In this document: positions 45,625-58,520 of the stretch, piece by piece
Layout: the number at the start of each line of letters is the position of its first letter
Position numbering within the stretch: position 1 is the stretch's first letter
Source of the DNA: the human T2T-CHM13v2.0 reference genome, Homo sapiens
Assembly: GCF_009914755.1 (NCBI RefSeq)
Contig: NC_060936.1
Direction: 5' to 3' (one strand)
Length of the DNA: 64,000 nt
Notes under the pieces: generated by a model
The model's input: the letters and a program-made list of their open reading frames with translations, nothing else
The model's database searches: none
What the model was told of the DNA's origin: nothing
Made by a program: the position numbers and the translations under genes

Positions 45625-46059
45625 TACAAATAATGCTTTAACGCTAAAGAGACAGGAGAACATTTTCAAATATTTTAAGGACAGTTATTTGAAAGAATGA
45701 ATTTCTTTTATGGAGCTTAAAGGAATAGAACTAGGGTTACAAAGAGACAGCTCTTTCAGTCTTAATAATTATGCAGGATAATAAAAAATATAAATAAAAC
45801 TTAAAAACAGAGAGCTTTTGGGATCAGTTCTATAAGTAATTTCCTAAGAGGTTGTCAAAGCTGGTATAGGCACCAGCTCATTCAATGTGTTTAAACATAG
45901 GCTGGGGGGCCACTTGGCAGCCATGTGGTGTGGAACACAAGCAAGCCGTGATTTTCATGAATGGATCTGTTCTGTGAGGTCTCTTGTTATGCTAAGAGTT
46001 TGTGATTCTGGTTTTGTTTTGTGTGATCTTGAAAGACTGATTTATGATCTCTTTCCACT

Positions 46060-46500
46060 TGTTTACTGCTGTTTACTGCTCAGCCCATTGCAATATAGCT
46101 TCTGCCTCCAGCCCTGAAACTACCCTCCAAAGTAGTAACTTTCGAAAAACTAAATCCGATGGAAATTTTGTATTCTTTATCTTGACCTGCCTGTGAATCT
46201 TTAACATGTTTTATCTCTTCTTATTTCTGGAAACTTTCTTTATCTTTGGCTTCCAGGGGACCACCTTCTTTTTGTTTTCTTTTTCCTCTAAGACCATTCC
46301 CCCTCAGTTCTTCATAGACTTCTTCCACCAGTGCTGTGTGCCCCGCCTCTTATCTTGGTGGTCTCGTGTCTTATCTTGGTGGTCTCATGTACTCCTGTGA
46401 TTTTAATTACTTTCAGTGCTGATCATTCCCACGTAGTCTTTAATCGGGTCCTGATTGCAGGACTGTCAGTACAACTGCCTACCAGGTATCTCCCCAGATT
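46060..46500 (+). mobile_element. L2 remnant
   Basis: ctttatcttgacc, ctttggcttccaggggaccacc, caactgcctaccaggtatctcc. Confidence 0.6.
46348..46390. repeat. 21-bp tandem duplication
   Basis: tcttatcttggtggtctc(g/a)tg x2. Confidence 0.92.
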
Positions 46501-46536
46501 CATAAGGTTGATGTAAAGATTAAATTACTTAGTTAA

Positions 46537-46830
46537 GGCCAGGTGTGGTGGCTCATGCCTGCAATCCCAGCACTTTGGGAGGCCGAGGTGGGCCAATCAC
46601 TTGAGGTCAGGAGTTCGAGACCAGCCTAGCCGACACGGTGAAACCCCTGTCTACTAAAATTAGAAAAACCAGCTGGGCATGGTGGCAGGCACCTGTAACA
46701 CCAGCTACTCAGGAGGCTGAGGCAGGAGAATCATTTGAACCTGGGAGGCAGGGGTTTCAGTGAGCCGAGATTGCCCCGTTGCATTCCAGCCTGGGCGACA
46801 AGAGTGAAACTCCATCTTAAAAAAAAAAAA
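46537..46830 (+). mobile_element. AluS
   Basis: Full Alu; TSD acttagtt. Confidence 0.95.
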
Positions 46831-46946
46831 CTTAGTTGAAGGTGCCTAGTAGAATATCTGGCTCTATAGTAATCATGCTGGCAATGCTAATTATAGTGAG
46901 TGTTTACCCAGTTCATTCATACTCTTGAAGAATCATTTATTTATCC

Positions 46947-47225
46947 TTTTCTTGGGTCAGGGCGCAACAGAGCCTTGCTCTGTCATCCAGGCTGGAGTGC
47001 CGAAGCGCAGTGTCGGCTCACTGCAACCTCCGCGTTCTAGGTTCAGTTGATTTTCCTGCCTCAGCCTCCCAAGTAGCTGAGACTACAGGAGTGCGCCCGG
47101 CTAGTTTTTGTGTTTTTGTAGAGACGGGGTGTCACCAAGTTGGCCATGCTGGTCTGGAACTACTGACCTCAGGTGATCCGCCCACCTCAGCCTCCCAAAA
47201 TCCTGGGATTACAGCAGTCCGCCCA
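46947..47225 (-). mobile_element. Heavily altered AluS
   Basis: Recognisable Alu blocks with small deletions and an eroded tail. Confidence 0.88.
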
Positions 47226-47364
47226 CTGATTTATCTTTAAATCACCACTTCCCAAACTGTTTTCTCTTGTACTAGTATCCCTCAAGGTGGTAAGTGATGT
47301 TCCACCCAGAAAAGAGAGAAGGTGGGGTTCCATGATCAGTTAAGTTTGGAAAATACTTTATAGG

Positions 47365-47714
47365 TAGGGTTGGAACTTTTTCAGGGGCCAGATTGTAAAC
47401 TTACTGGGCTCTGTGGGCCATTTGGTCTCTGTCACACTACTCAAATCTCTTGTAGCACCAGCGTAGCCATAGAAAATATATAAGCAAATGAGCAAGGTTT
47501 TGTTCACTAAAATTTTATTTGTGGACACTAAACTTTGAATTTCATATAATTTTCACAAAATGTAATTATTATATGTTATATGCTATATTATTTGGGGTTA
47601 CAAAAGTATTATTATTTTCTTTTTTTTCAACCATTTAAAAATGGAAAAGCCATTCTTTGCTCATGGGCCATGGGCTGGCTTTGACCATGAGTGGCAGTAG
47701 CTTGCTGATTCCTG
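47365..47714 (+). mobile_element. MER58B-like hAT DNA element
   Basis: ggggccagattgtaaa, tgtgggccat..ggtctctgtc, tttgaatttcatataattttcac, caaccatttaaaaatg, ends ttgctgattcctg. Confidence 0.8.
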
Positions 47715-48218
47715 CTTTAAAATATAGCCCCCTATTAAAGATATGCAACCTACACCATAAAAAGCTTTTCTAAGTTCTGCAGCAGTGCTGTTATGACCAG
47801 TGTTCCTCAAACATATTTGACCGTGGAAATCTTTTGTCATGCTTATTTGTTACTGTCTCTTGCTGTACTTCTGTGGAATGTGCTTTTGAGAAATACTGAC
47901 CTAGAGAATAGCTATGTATGCCAGAGGTAAAGTTTGGCCTGTGGAGCAGACTGTAAATAACAAGAGAAAGCGTCTTGTCTTTATTCCTCTTGCTCTGATC
48001 GTCAGCTCCAACTGGTCACAGACAGAATGGTATTTTGGGAAACTGAATTCACTCTACGAGGTGGGCACCAGTGAACCACTAAAGCTGAGTCAAAGATTAG
48101 CTGAATTGAGGGTGGACATGATGAAGTTAATTCCGTCAACCAGCTTCAGAAATGGGAAAAATGGCTTTAACGTAAGGTAAAATAGAGGTGCTCTAAGTGA
48201 GATAAAATACTCGGTCCT

Positions 48219-48544
<326 letters not shown>

Positions 48545-50364
48545 ATATATTTATATTCCGTTGAGGAAGAAGAGATCCAGAGGTCATATGCAAAATATAA
48601 ACAGTAATAGGTATCAATTTCTATAGTTTTGAAATCTTTACTGCTGTTGTTTTAAAATATGCAAAAGTTTAAAACTTAAAAAATTGAGTTTATATATAAT
48701 AAAATTCTAAAACTTGCTTTGAAATAATATTTTCAGTTGCTGTTTTTGTGTGTGTGTGTCTTTGAGAAGTAGGATGTGTGACTCAGTAGGGAGTAAAGGT
48801 TATTGCTTTACTATTTTGAGCATATTTTTCCCTAATAAAAATAATGCCATAGCTAAGGAGAGAACCTTCAAATTAAAAACAAAAACACTTTCATTTTAAA
48901 AGTCTACGCTTCCCATCTTTTTATGTCTACTTTAACCGTATGCCCCTTATTAAAAGGAAAAATTGGTGTAGTAAGCATTGTTTTTAAATTCTGTCTGGCA
49001 TTTGGCAAGCAGCTAGAACCTATAGGAGGATGCAGAAAAGATGGGACCATCCCAGCTGATGAGAATTTATCTACCTGATGCAGGCATAGTCATTGCCCAT
49101 TCCCACAGAATTTACATACCAGGTGTCTCATTCCAAACCTGTGTAGGAGAAAAGGGACTCTTATAGTTTTTGCCAACAGATTGATAGCTGATGAATAATA
49201 AAATTGTTGAATCATTAATGCAAGAAGGTAATAAATTACCGGGTTTGTTTTCATCCATTTGGCCAACAAATGTTTTTGGTGACCTCCAAGATCTCAGTAG
49301 CCCCAATGTCTTCAGTACTCTCTCAGCATCCCAGCATGCACTCATATATATCCCTGACAGCTTTCATAAGCTTCCTATACAGCTATAGGAGTATATCTCG
49401 GATACTTACGCATTGGAGCAGCTCCTACTTTTTTTGTAAGTGTACCACAAATCCCAAAATTAGATGTTCTATGTAACGCTGGCTATTTTATGAGATCAAG
49501 ACACAGTTGGATCTTGATTTTGCTGGAGGTGGAGACCTGAGTGCCCTGACACTGCTGGCATTCTTCTAGCAAACGTCATGACAAACAGACGTGGAATGCA
49601 GCACAGGCTAAAGAAAGGCGAGCAAGCCCCCTCGGTAGCACAGTGTGGACAGCTGGTATGGACATGCTATCCATCTAAAACTGGGAAAGGTTAAATAAAC
49701 AGTGGGACAGTGACAAAGTGCAGAGATTAATTGCCGAAAGCATTCAATAATTCTTAAAACAGACATCTAAATAAGCAGAAGCATTCTGGAGTTTGAGTTC
49801 TGAGAGACAATGTAAGAAGACTTTATTTACTTTTGGAGACAGAGACTTCCTAAGGAAAGAAGACAAGATAAATGGTGTAGTCCAAAAGTAGACATATATA
49901 ACAACAGGTGTACCTTAGTTTGAAGGGACTACATCTTCATATGGGAAGATTGTATTCTGAAATTTTCTGTTCATATTACATACACTATAAAACATGAAGC
50001 GTAAAGGACATACTGTTGTAAAATAATAAAGACAAAATGAGAGAAAAGGCCAATATAAATCTTTTTATCAGACCATCTCCAGATGTTACTGTGAACCTAC
50101 TACTTAGCTTCATCTCTTGAGGCTCAAGCTCAGCTTCCCCTCCTCCAACTTCATCCCCAGATCTCCAGCGCAGATCAGTGGGTTTAAGACATAATTCAGT
50201 AGAGATTTTGATAGGATTTGAGTAAATCCCTAACAGAAACTCCCTTGGCTTGCCAGCTATTTTTAAAGGCAGATATGTAGAAAGCAGAAGATCCTAAATT
50301 CACCTATCTGTCTTGTGATAGCCCTTGCCAGGAAAATAGGAGATTTGCCCAAGAATATATTATA

Positions 50365-50525
50365 GGATGTTCTTGTGGTACATGCCTGTAGTCCCAGCTT
50401 CTTGGGAGGATGGCTTGAGCCCAGCAGTTTGAGGCTACAGTGAGCTGCGATCATGCCTGTGAAAAAACATTGCACCCCAACCCGGACAACATAGCAAGGC
50501 CTTGTCTGTTCAAAAAAAAAAAAAA
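50365..50525 (+). mobile_element. FRAM / AluJ right monomer
   Basis: catgcctgtagtcccagct..gcttgagcccag..gaggctacagtgagct plus A tail. Confidence 0.85.
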
Positions 50526-50831
50526 CACTAAACTTTTTTTTTTTTCAAATAATACATTAGATAGAACCAACCCATAGAAGTCATCTCTGCATAATATTTC
50601 TAAGTCCAATAATGATCAACATTATGAGTGCCTGCAATATCATGAGAATTTAAGAGTCAAAAGTTACTTTGATCATTTTCACTATGGAATTGAAAGATTC
50701 TTTTTATATACTTATTGGATTAGGAAAGTACATACAAATGCTAAAAATCCAGTCTTGGCAAGGATGTAGGGAATCAGAGGTATGTAATACCTTAATGTTG
50801 GTCTTTTAAATCAGCTCGTCTTCCTCTAAAA

Positions 50832-50937
50832 CAGTGGATCTCAAGTATAGATGTCCATTCCAGAAACTCAGTAGGTCTGGAGTAGAGCACAGACTTCCAT
50901 TTTGAATAATTTCTTTCATGTTTGAGAGCCACCATTG
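50832..50937. mobile_element. MER5-like DNA element fragment
   Basis: cagtggatctcaa..tcagtaggtctggagtagagc..tttgagagccacc. Confidence 0.55.
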
Positions 50938-51659
50938 TAAAGCAAATCTGATACCATGTAATAAGCTATACAACTCTCCACAGCCGCTGACCTATTTGTG
51001 AGCCCTTCTTGGGTTCTGCAGGGGAAAGCTGCTTCCCGCTCATAGACTGAATTATGTCTTAAATCCACTGATCTGTGCTGGAGATGTGGGGATGAAGTTG
51101 GAGGAGGGGAAGCTGAGCTTGAGCCTCAAGAGATGAAGCTAAGTAGTAGGTTCGCACTCTGGATTGATTTTCATATGCTAAATCATTTAGAATTTCCATA
51201 TCCATTTTCACTTCAACCGTTATAGTTTGGCATGACATAAATCTTCTTACATCGACAAAGATAAGAGTTTGCTTCATTTTTTCATTCTGGTGTTTGGGAG
51301 TAATTTTCTGGAGGAAAATGTCACTGATAGGTCTTTGCTCTGCTGCCTTGAAGTCAGGAATCCAAAATTGTCATTAGTACTATATTGGAGCCCTCAAAAC
51401 TTTGACCAAGGTGGGGAAAGAAAAAGCATAACAGCTTCAGGGAAAAGTAGGCTCAGTCGAGGCTTTCTCCCTGAGGATCAGTAATTGTAGCATGGTGAGG
51501 GGTTGGATAATCAATCATTTTAGGTCAAATTAAACATATTTTCTTTACGAGTTCTGTCAAAATAGGTAGACATGAGGTAGAATCCAGGAGTCACTTCTAC
51601 ACTCAACAGAAATAGAGACAACTCACTAGAACTAAGACTGTAAGGAACAGTCTAAGATG

Positions 51660-52032
51660 GTCTTAGTTCATTTTATTGCTGTAATAATAAAGTACCACAG
51701 ACTGAGTAATTTATAATGAACAGAAATTTTGGCTTATGGTTCTGGAAGCTGGTAAGTCCAAAAGCAAGGAACCGACACCTGGCAAGGGTCTTTTTGCTGT
51801 GTCATCCCACGGTGGAAGGGCAAAGAGGGTAAGAGAAAGGCGGAAGGCAGGTAAAAGGAGGCCACACCCCGCTTCCTCGTTAACAGACCTACCCTTACAA
51901 TAATGGCATTAATCCATTCATGAAGACACAGCGGTCATGGCCTAGCATACCCTAAGCGTTCTACCTATTAATACTGTTACAAAGGCAGTTAAATTTCAAC
52001 ATGAGTTTGGGAGGGAATAGTCAAACCTTGGC
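51660..52032 (-). mobile_element. MSTC/D-like MaLR solo LTR
   Basis: gtcttagttcat..taccacagactgagtaatttataatgaacagaaattt..ggcattaatccattcatga..aaatttcaacatgagtttgg. Confidence 0.85.
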
Positions 52033-53095
52033 CCACTCACTGAATTGATGTTGTTTTCCTTTCTGTTATAATGTTTCACCGTAAACTGTAGTTCCCTACA
52101 TATTATATTGAAAGGACTATTGGTCTGTATATATTTGTGTATCACAAAAGAGTTACGTCATCTTTAGAGTCTTCTAACATGGAGAATATATAGATACATT
52201 TTATATACAATTTGATAGTTAACTAATTCTATAGATGCAGGCTTTTTTTTTTAAAGAAAGATACTATGTGCCATTATTTTGCAAATTAATGTAAATCTTA
52301 AAAATTTTTAGTGGATTTTATTCTAAACAGTAAATACCAAATGAGCAGACATTGTCGTAACTAGGTACTCCCTTCTCCTCTGGCATCTTTTTTGTTTGTT
52401 TGTTTAAGAAGACATTCTGAGGCTTATTGTAATTTCTTAATTTCTCTTCTGATTTTTAAATTTCAGTTATGTTGTCTGTTTTACTATTGACAGACATTGT
52501 TAAGTATAATTCAAAAGTAAAGAAGCTTAGAATATAAACAGGGATCTGGATGTCATTCAGCAGAAGTGCTCTCTAGTCATGAAGAAAATGAAGCTTGGCT
52601 ATGAAGTAGAAGAATCTTTCTATCAAAAAATAAGAACGTTGGAACTTAGGATCCAATAGAGTCGCACAATAGTCATATAGGTGATTTTACACTTACTTCA
52701 TTGGGGCTGTCATGGCTCAAATATATTTGTGATCCTTTTCTTGGAAATTGCTTTCAGAGCCAGTTTGCAGGATGCCCCTAAAAATAAATATGCACTTACA
52801 CTTCACTGTAATCCAAAACCTATCACTCTGATTCATTGTGCACAAGACTTGGTGTCAAAATTAAAATTCAGTTAATAAAAAGGGTATTTGTCATAATTCC
52901 AAATATTTAAATAATGCAATAAAACTGTGAAGCTTAAAGAGAAATTTGGCAGCATCACTGGAATAAATTTTTGTGTAACTTCCCAAAATTAATTCCCTGA
53001 AGAATATATCTTTCATTTCAAATATAAGTACAAGTATATTTTATAAAGGAAGCAGCTAGATAACTTTTGCTAAAGTAACGTTTAAGGAAATACAG

Positions 53096-53412
53096 GGCTG
53101 GGTACAGTGGCTTACACCTGTAATTCCAGCACTTTGGGAGGCCAAAGTGAGAGGATCACTTGAGCCCAGGAGAGCAGCCTGGGCCACATGGTGAAACCCC
53201 CTCTCTAATAAAAATAAATAAATAGAATAGAATAAGCTAGGTATGGTGATGCCAGCTACTTGGTATGTAGTCCCAGCTACTTGGGATGCTGATGTGGGAG
53301 AATCACCAGAGTCTGGGAAATCTAGGCTGCAGTTGTTGGCTATGATCTCACCACTGCACTCCAGCCTGGGTGATGGGAGTGAGGCTCTGTCTCAAAAAAA
53401 AAAAAAAAAAAA
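53096..53412 (+). mobile_element. AluJ with internal duplication of ccagctacttgg
   Basis: gaggatcacttgagcccagg J diagnostic. Confidence 0.92.
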
Positions 53413-53510
53413 GGTGGGCATGGAAGATGAATGGAAGATACTCAAAGATAGACCCACGAAACTGAGGATATGCTATTTCAGTCTCTGGACTAAAAAAAAT
53501 TGCCTGTTTT

Positions 53511-53733
53511 CATGGACACAGGAAGGGGAACATCACACACCGGGGACTGTTGTGGGGTGGGGGGAGGGAGGAGGGATAGCATTAGGAGATATACCTAATG
53601 CTAAATGATGAGTTAATGGGTGCAGCACACCAACAGGGCACATGTATACATATGTAACAAACATGCACATTGTGCACATGTACCCTAAAACTTAAAGTAT
53701 AATAATTAAACATAAAAAAATAAAAATTAAATT
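53511..53733 (+). mobile_element. Severely 5'-truncated L1PA3/4 3'UTR
   Basis: gcattaggagatatacctaatgctaaatg..taccctaaaacttaaagtataat; perfect 16-bp TSD aaaaattgcctgtttt. Confidence 0.94.
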
Positions 53734-54724
53734 AAAAATTGCCTGTTTTTATTAAACTAGTAAACAATTTGTAGAAATGCATGATTTGATTAAATGAGTT
53801 TTGGGTGCCACCTTCATAAGGGAAGCTAGAACTGTGCTTAAATACCAGGAGCCCTGCTACCTTCTTAATCTTGAGCACTAAAACTAAGACCTATATCTAA
53901 AAACTTAGCCTAAATTCGCATTCCACCGTCATGAATATGGAATGAAAATCTCTCATGAAGTTGGTTTTCATGAAAGTGCCTCCAGGAAAGCAAAACTCTG
54001 GAACATTGGGCCACATTTATAAGACCGTGATTATTCATTAAAAAACTGAGGATGTAATATTTGGAAGGCCTTTACTTACTATCAACTCATCAACAGTATG
54101 GGATGAAACTAGCAGCTTGACTTTCTGTATGAAGTATGGGGGAAAGAGTGGAAAGAATGTCAGAGTTCACTGGGACCTTCTTTAGAGCCATGGGGCTGAA
54201 TTTTATTTAAAATATTCATTGGAAAAGCACCTGGATTCCAATGCTTCTTAAAGTCATTCTGTTTTTCCATGCAGTTCGTTATTTGCTTTTAGACCTTTTA
54301 TCTCCAAGTTGTTTTATTTAGTTGCTAGTATTTCTTCAGGTGTCATTATCTTGCATCCCTCTAGAAGATAAGACACACTATTGTGTGCATGTGAAATTAG
54401 AATTCCTATAAATATCTCATTCTTGAACAAATTTTCAGTATCACCATAAATGATATTTAACACTAAGTGGCCAAAAACAAGTCATTCACAGAGATTCTGC
54501 ATCATATTCAGTCTGACAGCACTGAAGCTGTGGTTGTGTATTTTTAACTACACTTAATGAAAAAGGACATCAGGACTCCAGCAAAGTTGCCAGCATTCAC
54601 CAGGTCTTATGAGTTCTTCTGCCCTAGACCTTTTCTCATCTGCTCTGTCCATCCGATCTTGGCACTCGCCAGCTCTGCCTTCTTAGTCCAGCAGTGGCTC
54701 GATAAGAACCGTTGATCTTCAGAG

Positions 54725-54743
54725 CTCTGTCTCTCTCTCTCTG

Positions 54744-54777
<34 letters not shown>

Positions 54778-54779
54778 TC
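54725..54779. repeat. Interrupted (CT)n microsatellite
   Basis: Seen directly. Confidence 0.92.
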
Positions 54780-54875
54780 GAAGAGCTGGAAAAGAGGACT
54801 CGAGGAAAAAATATTCATAGGGTAATTTGTATCTTCCACATTATTTAAATTTGGAAGCATAAAAATACATTGTGC

Positions 54876-55194
54876 TTGAATCATGCTGGGTGAAATAAGC
54901 CAGATACAAAAGGCCAAATGCTGTGTGATCCTACTTATATGAGGTACCTGGAGTAGTCAGATTCAAACACAGAAAGTAGAATCGTGGCTGCCAAGGGCTG
55001 GAAGGGGCAGAGGAGGGTGTTAGCCTTTCATAGGTGTAGAGTTTCTTTTCAGGAAAATGAAAAATCTTTGGATATGGATGGCGGTGACAGTTGCACAGCA
55101 GTATCAGTGTGCTTAATGCCACAGAAATACACACTTTAAAATGGTTTAAAATGGTCAATTTTATGTTATCTGTATTTGACTATAGGTTAAAAAA
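54876..55194 (+). mobile_element. L1MB-like 3' end
   Basis: gtgaaataagccagatacaaaaggccaaat..cttatatgaggtacctggagtagtca..cacagaaagtagaat. Confidence 0.88.
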
Positions 55195-55834
55195 CGTGCT
55201 TATACTTATCATGTTTGCTATATGAGAACATTCCTCATTCAGAAGATTTTATGGTTCTTAAAGTAACTTGATTAAGGAATAATATAAATACAATAAAGTG
55301 CGAACATTTTAGACATACATTTTGGTGAGTTTGTCAAGCTACAGTCATTTCCAGGAGCTTCTGTCTGCCCTTTCTGGTCACTCGCCATTTCCCACTGCAG
55401 TCCCTGGCAACGACTGATCTGCCTCCGATCCTTGTGGATTAGAATACAGTTCATTTTTATATTTTTTAAACAAATTTGGAATGTACAAACTTTTGTTTTT
55501 TGACAAGTAGAGATACAGATGTCGAGTTTTTTGCCCATCTGAGAAGCAGGTAGAGGCTTTATAGCAGAGGTCTCAATAGCACAGTAAAACTAAGTCTTCT
55601 AAACTTGCCATAATCTTATGAACATGCTCATTTTTCAGAAAAGGTGAAGGAAAAAACTGAACGCAAGTTTTCCACCTACAATTTTGTTCAATCAATGTCA
55701 TTTACTGAGCTATAATCACCAGCAGTTTCTGCCTTTATAATGTTAATTTTGATCTTTTTCAAGAACTTGTGAAAAATGGAAGTCAGTCCATATTGGGATA
55801 ACTTCTCTACCCATTCCCTTGTAAGTGTATTTCT

Positions 55835-56150
55835 TTCCTTTTTTTTTTTTTTTTTTTTTTTTCTAGAGACAGGGTCTTGCTCTGCCACCTAGACTGGAAT
55901 GCAATGTGGTGCCATCACGGCTCACTGCAGCCTCGACCTCCTGGGCTCAAAGGATGCTCCCACCTCAGTCCCCCAGGTAGCTGGGACTATAGGCATGCAC
56001 CACCAGGCCCAGCTAGTTTTTTTTATTTTTTGCAGAGATGAGGTTCCACCATGTTGCGCAGGCTGGGCTCGAACTCCTGGGCTCAAGTGATCCACCCGCC
56101 TCAGCCTCCCAAATTGTTGCCATTACAGGTGTGAGCCACCAAGCCCAACC
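55835..56150 (-). mobile_element. AluJ
   Basis: gcagcctcgacctcctgggctcaa J diagnostics; TSD agtgtatttct. Confidence 0.94.
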
Positions 56151-58079
56151 ATGAGTGTATTTCTCACTGTAGGTCAGTTCCTTTCCCTTGTTTCAGGAGA
56201 TAGAGAAACATGAGATGAGCAGCAAGTGAGAAATCTTGGACATTGTGCTTTGCACAGGACTTGCCATTGTGCTGCAGGAGGGCTGTGCTAGGCAGGACCC
56301 CAGCGTGCACTGTTGGAACTATGCCCTGAAATAGTCTGTATTTGGTGACCTTTGAAAGTTTCTTTGTAGCATTTAAGCGTAAATGTGATAGTTATTTTGT
56401 GTTGCATATTCATTGACTAGCATAGCAGTCTTTCATTTAGAGTCCTACCTGCAATTCTTGAATCCAAGAGTCAGACAGCAGCGTTTTATTCTTCATTCTT
56501 TAGGAACTGTTTTTGTAATATAAGATTTTTACTTCTAACACATCTCTAGCAGTAGCATCCTGGCCTTTCCCCTTGCAGAATCTTCTAATCTCTCCTCATT
56601 ACCTTCAACTCAGTCTTTCTAAGACCTTGCTTTACTTCTCTAAAACTTTTGGTATTTCTATATTACGTACAAAATCAAATCACTTCTCATTCAGCATTTT
56701 TGTGTACCCTCTGCCTGCTGGGTTCTGGTTAAAACCCTCAAGGATTTCACATTCTGTTTATTCCTTAGGCCACCATTCCAGACCATCTCTACTCTGATTT
56801 AGAGCTGCCTCTTCAGCTTCTCTGCCATTTCCTGTCCCTGTAGACACTCTCTAATCCAGTTCTACGATGTGTCCTCACATGTGACTGGTGCTTTCACACT
56901 TGCCACTCTGTCTTTCTTATTTCTCTGTCAAAATAGGGCCCATGTCAGTTCCCACGTCCTTAGCCTGAGGTGATTTCTCTCTGCTGTACTACCTCAGCAT
57001 TTACTGCCCATACAGTATATTTGGCACTTAGCATTTATTGTTTCATCTCATTAGTTATATTAAAATCTTAGAGTTGAAAAGGACAGTCTCACCACTGAAA
57101 ACAAAATTACTTACACAATATCTCTGATAATCTGTTTAAACACCTAGTCATGGGAAGATCTATAATTTTTTAGCTTTCCAACTCTACTTACTAACAAATA
57201 TTAATACACTAGATGTTCCTTTTATAAACCAAAATCTCTCTCTTTTGCGACTTCCCCTGCTTTAGTAACAATTGTGCCCTCTGGACAAACACAGATTCAA
57301 TGTTCTGTTTTTGCAAAACCTACCTTAAAAATTTTGGTAGAAATGATTGTGCTATGTTAGTAAATCTTTTTAGATTAACATAGCCTTATATAATCCCACT
57401 ATGTCATCTTCCTTTGATACCTTCTACTTGTGCACCCCCTCTTAAATTATGACATATAGAATTGAACCTAGTGAACCTAGGTGTTCAGTTAGAGAAAAAC
57501 ACAGCTCTTTCTTTCTTTAAATGAAATGTAAGTTGCCCAAAGCTCATGGTTTCTTTCTAGTTGTGGTTTATGTTTATCTTCCTTACGTGCTCTGCTCACT
57601 TGCCTAGACGCTACTGGCCTGGAAAAAAAAAAATGCCTTAAAAGTGCAGTGAAATACAGCTTCAGGATAGGTGAAAACACTGAACAGCGGGGGAACCACC
57701 ACAACAGATAGAAGTGAAGTCAGAATCAGAGGTGCAGTTGGTTCAAGATACATTCATTATGAGCCTACTCTGTGCTGGGAACTATTCTTAGCATTTGGAA
57801 TTCATTACAGAATAAAACAGACAAAGATCCTGTCTTTGTGGAGTTTGTATTCCAACTATTCCTAAGCACAGGCTTTGGGCAAACATTGAAGACTAGCAAA
57901 GTATATCAGCGTATTGAGTATAGAGTATATAGAGTAACTGCAGCCCTAAATAAAATAAAACAAGAAAGCTTAAGCAGTTTAGGCTAATGCAATGCAGAAC
58001 ATGAACAATACTTGAAAGCTTTTAGTTTTCAAGTTTAGGAACCAAGACTCTCGAAGGAAGACATTTTTTAAAATGTAAA

Positions 58080-58520
58080 AATAGCAGCATAATACCTGAA
58101 AGATAGACACAACCCAAGTGTCCATGTTGGATAAATGGATAAACAAAATGTGGTATGTGGGTGTGGTGGAATATTACTCAGCCTTGAAAAAGGAGATTCA
58201 GCCACATGCTACATGGATGAACCTTGAAAACATCATGTTAAGTGAAATAAGCCAGTCACAAAAAGACAAATACTGTTTGATTTCACTTATGTGAGGCACC
58301 TACAGAAGTCACATTCATAGAGATAGAAAGTAAATGATGACTGCCAGAGGCTGGGGGAGGGGAAAAGAGGAGTTACTGTTATTGGTATAGTTTCACCTTT
58401 GTAAGATGAAGAGAGTTCTGGAGGTTGGTCGCAGAACAATCTAAATGTACTTTACTGAACTGTTCATTTATAAATGGTTATGGTAAATTTTATGTGTGTT
58501 TTATCACAACTAAAAAAAAC
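58080..58520 (+). mobile_element. L1MA10/L1MB-like 3' end
   Basis: aacccaagtgtccat..aatggataaacaaaatgtggtat..gtgaaataagccagtcacaaaaagacaaatactgt. Confidence 0.88.

Noticed and set aside
54659-54672. NFI-like ttggc..gccag site
   Set aside because: Spacer is 4 nt rather than the required 5
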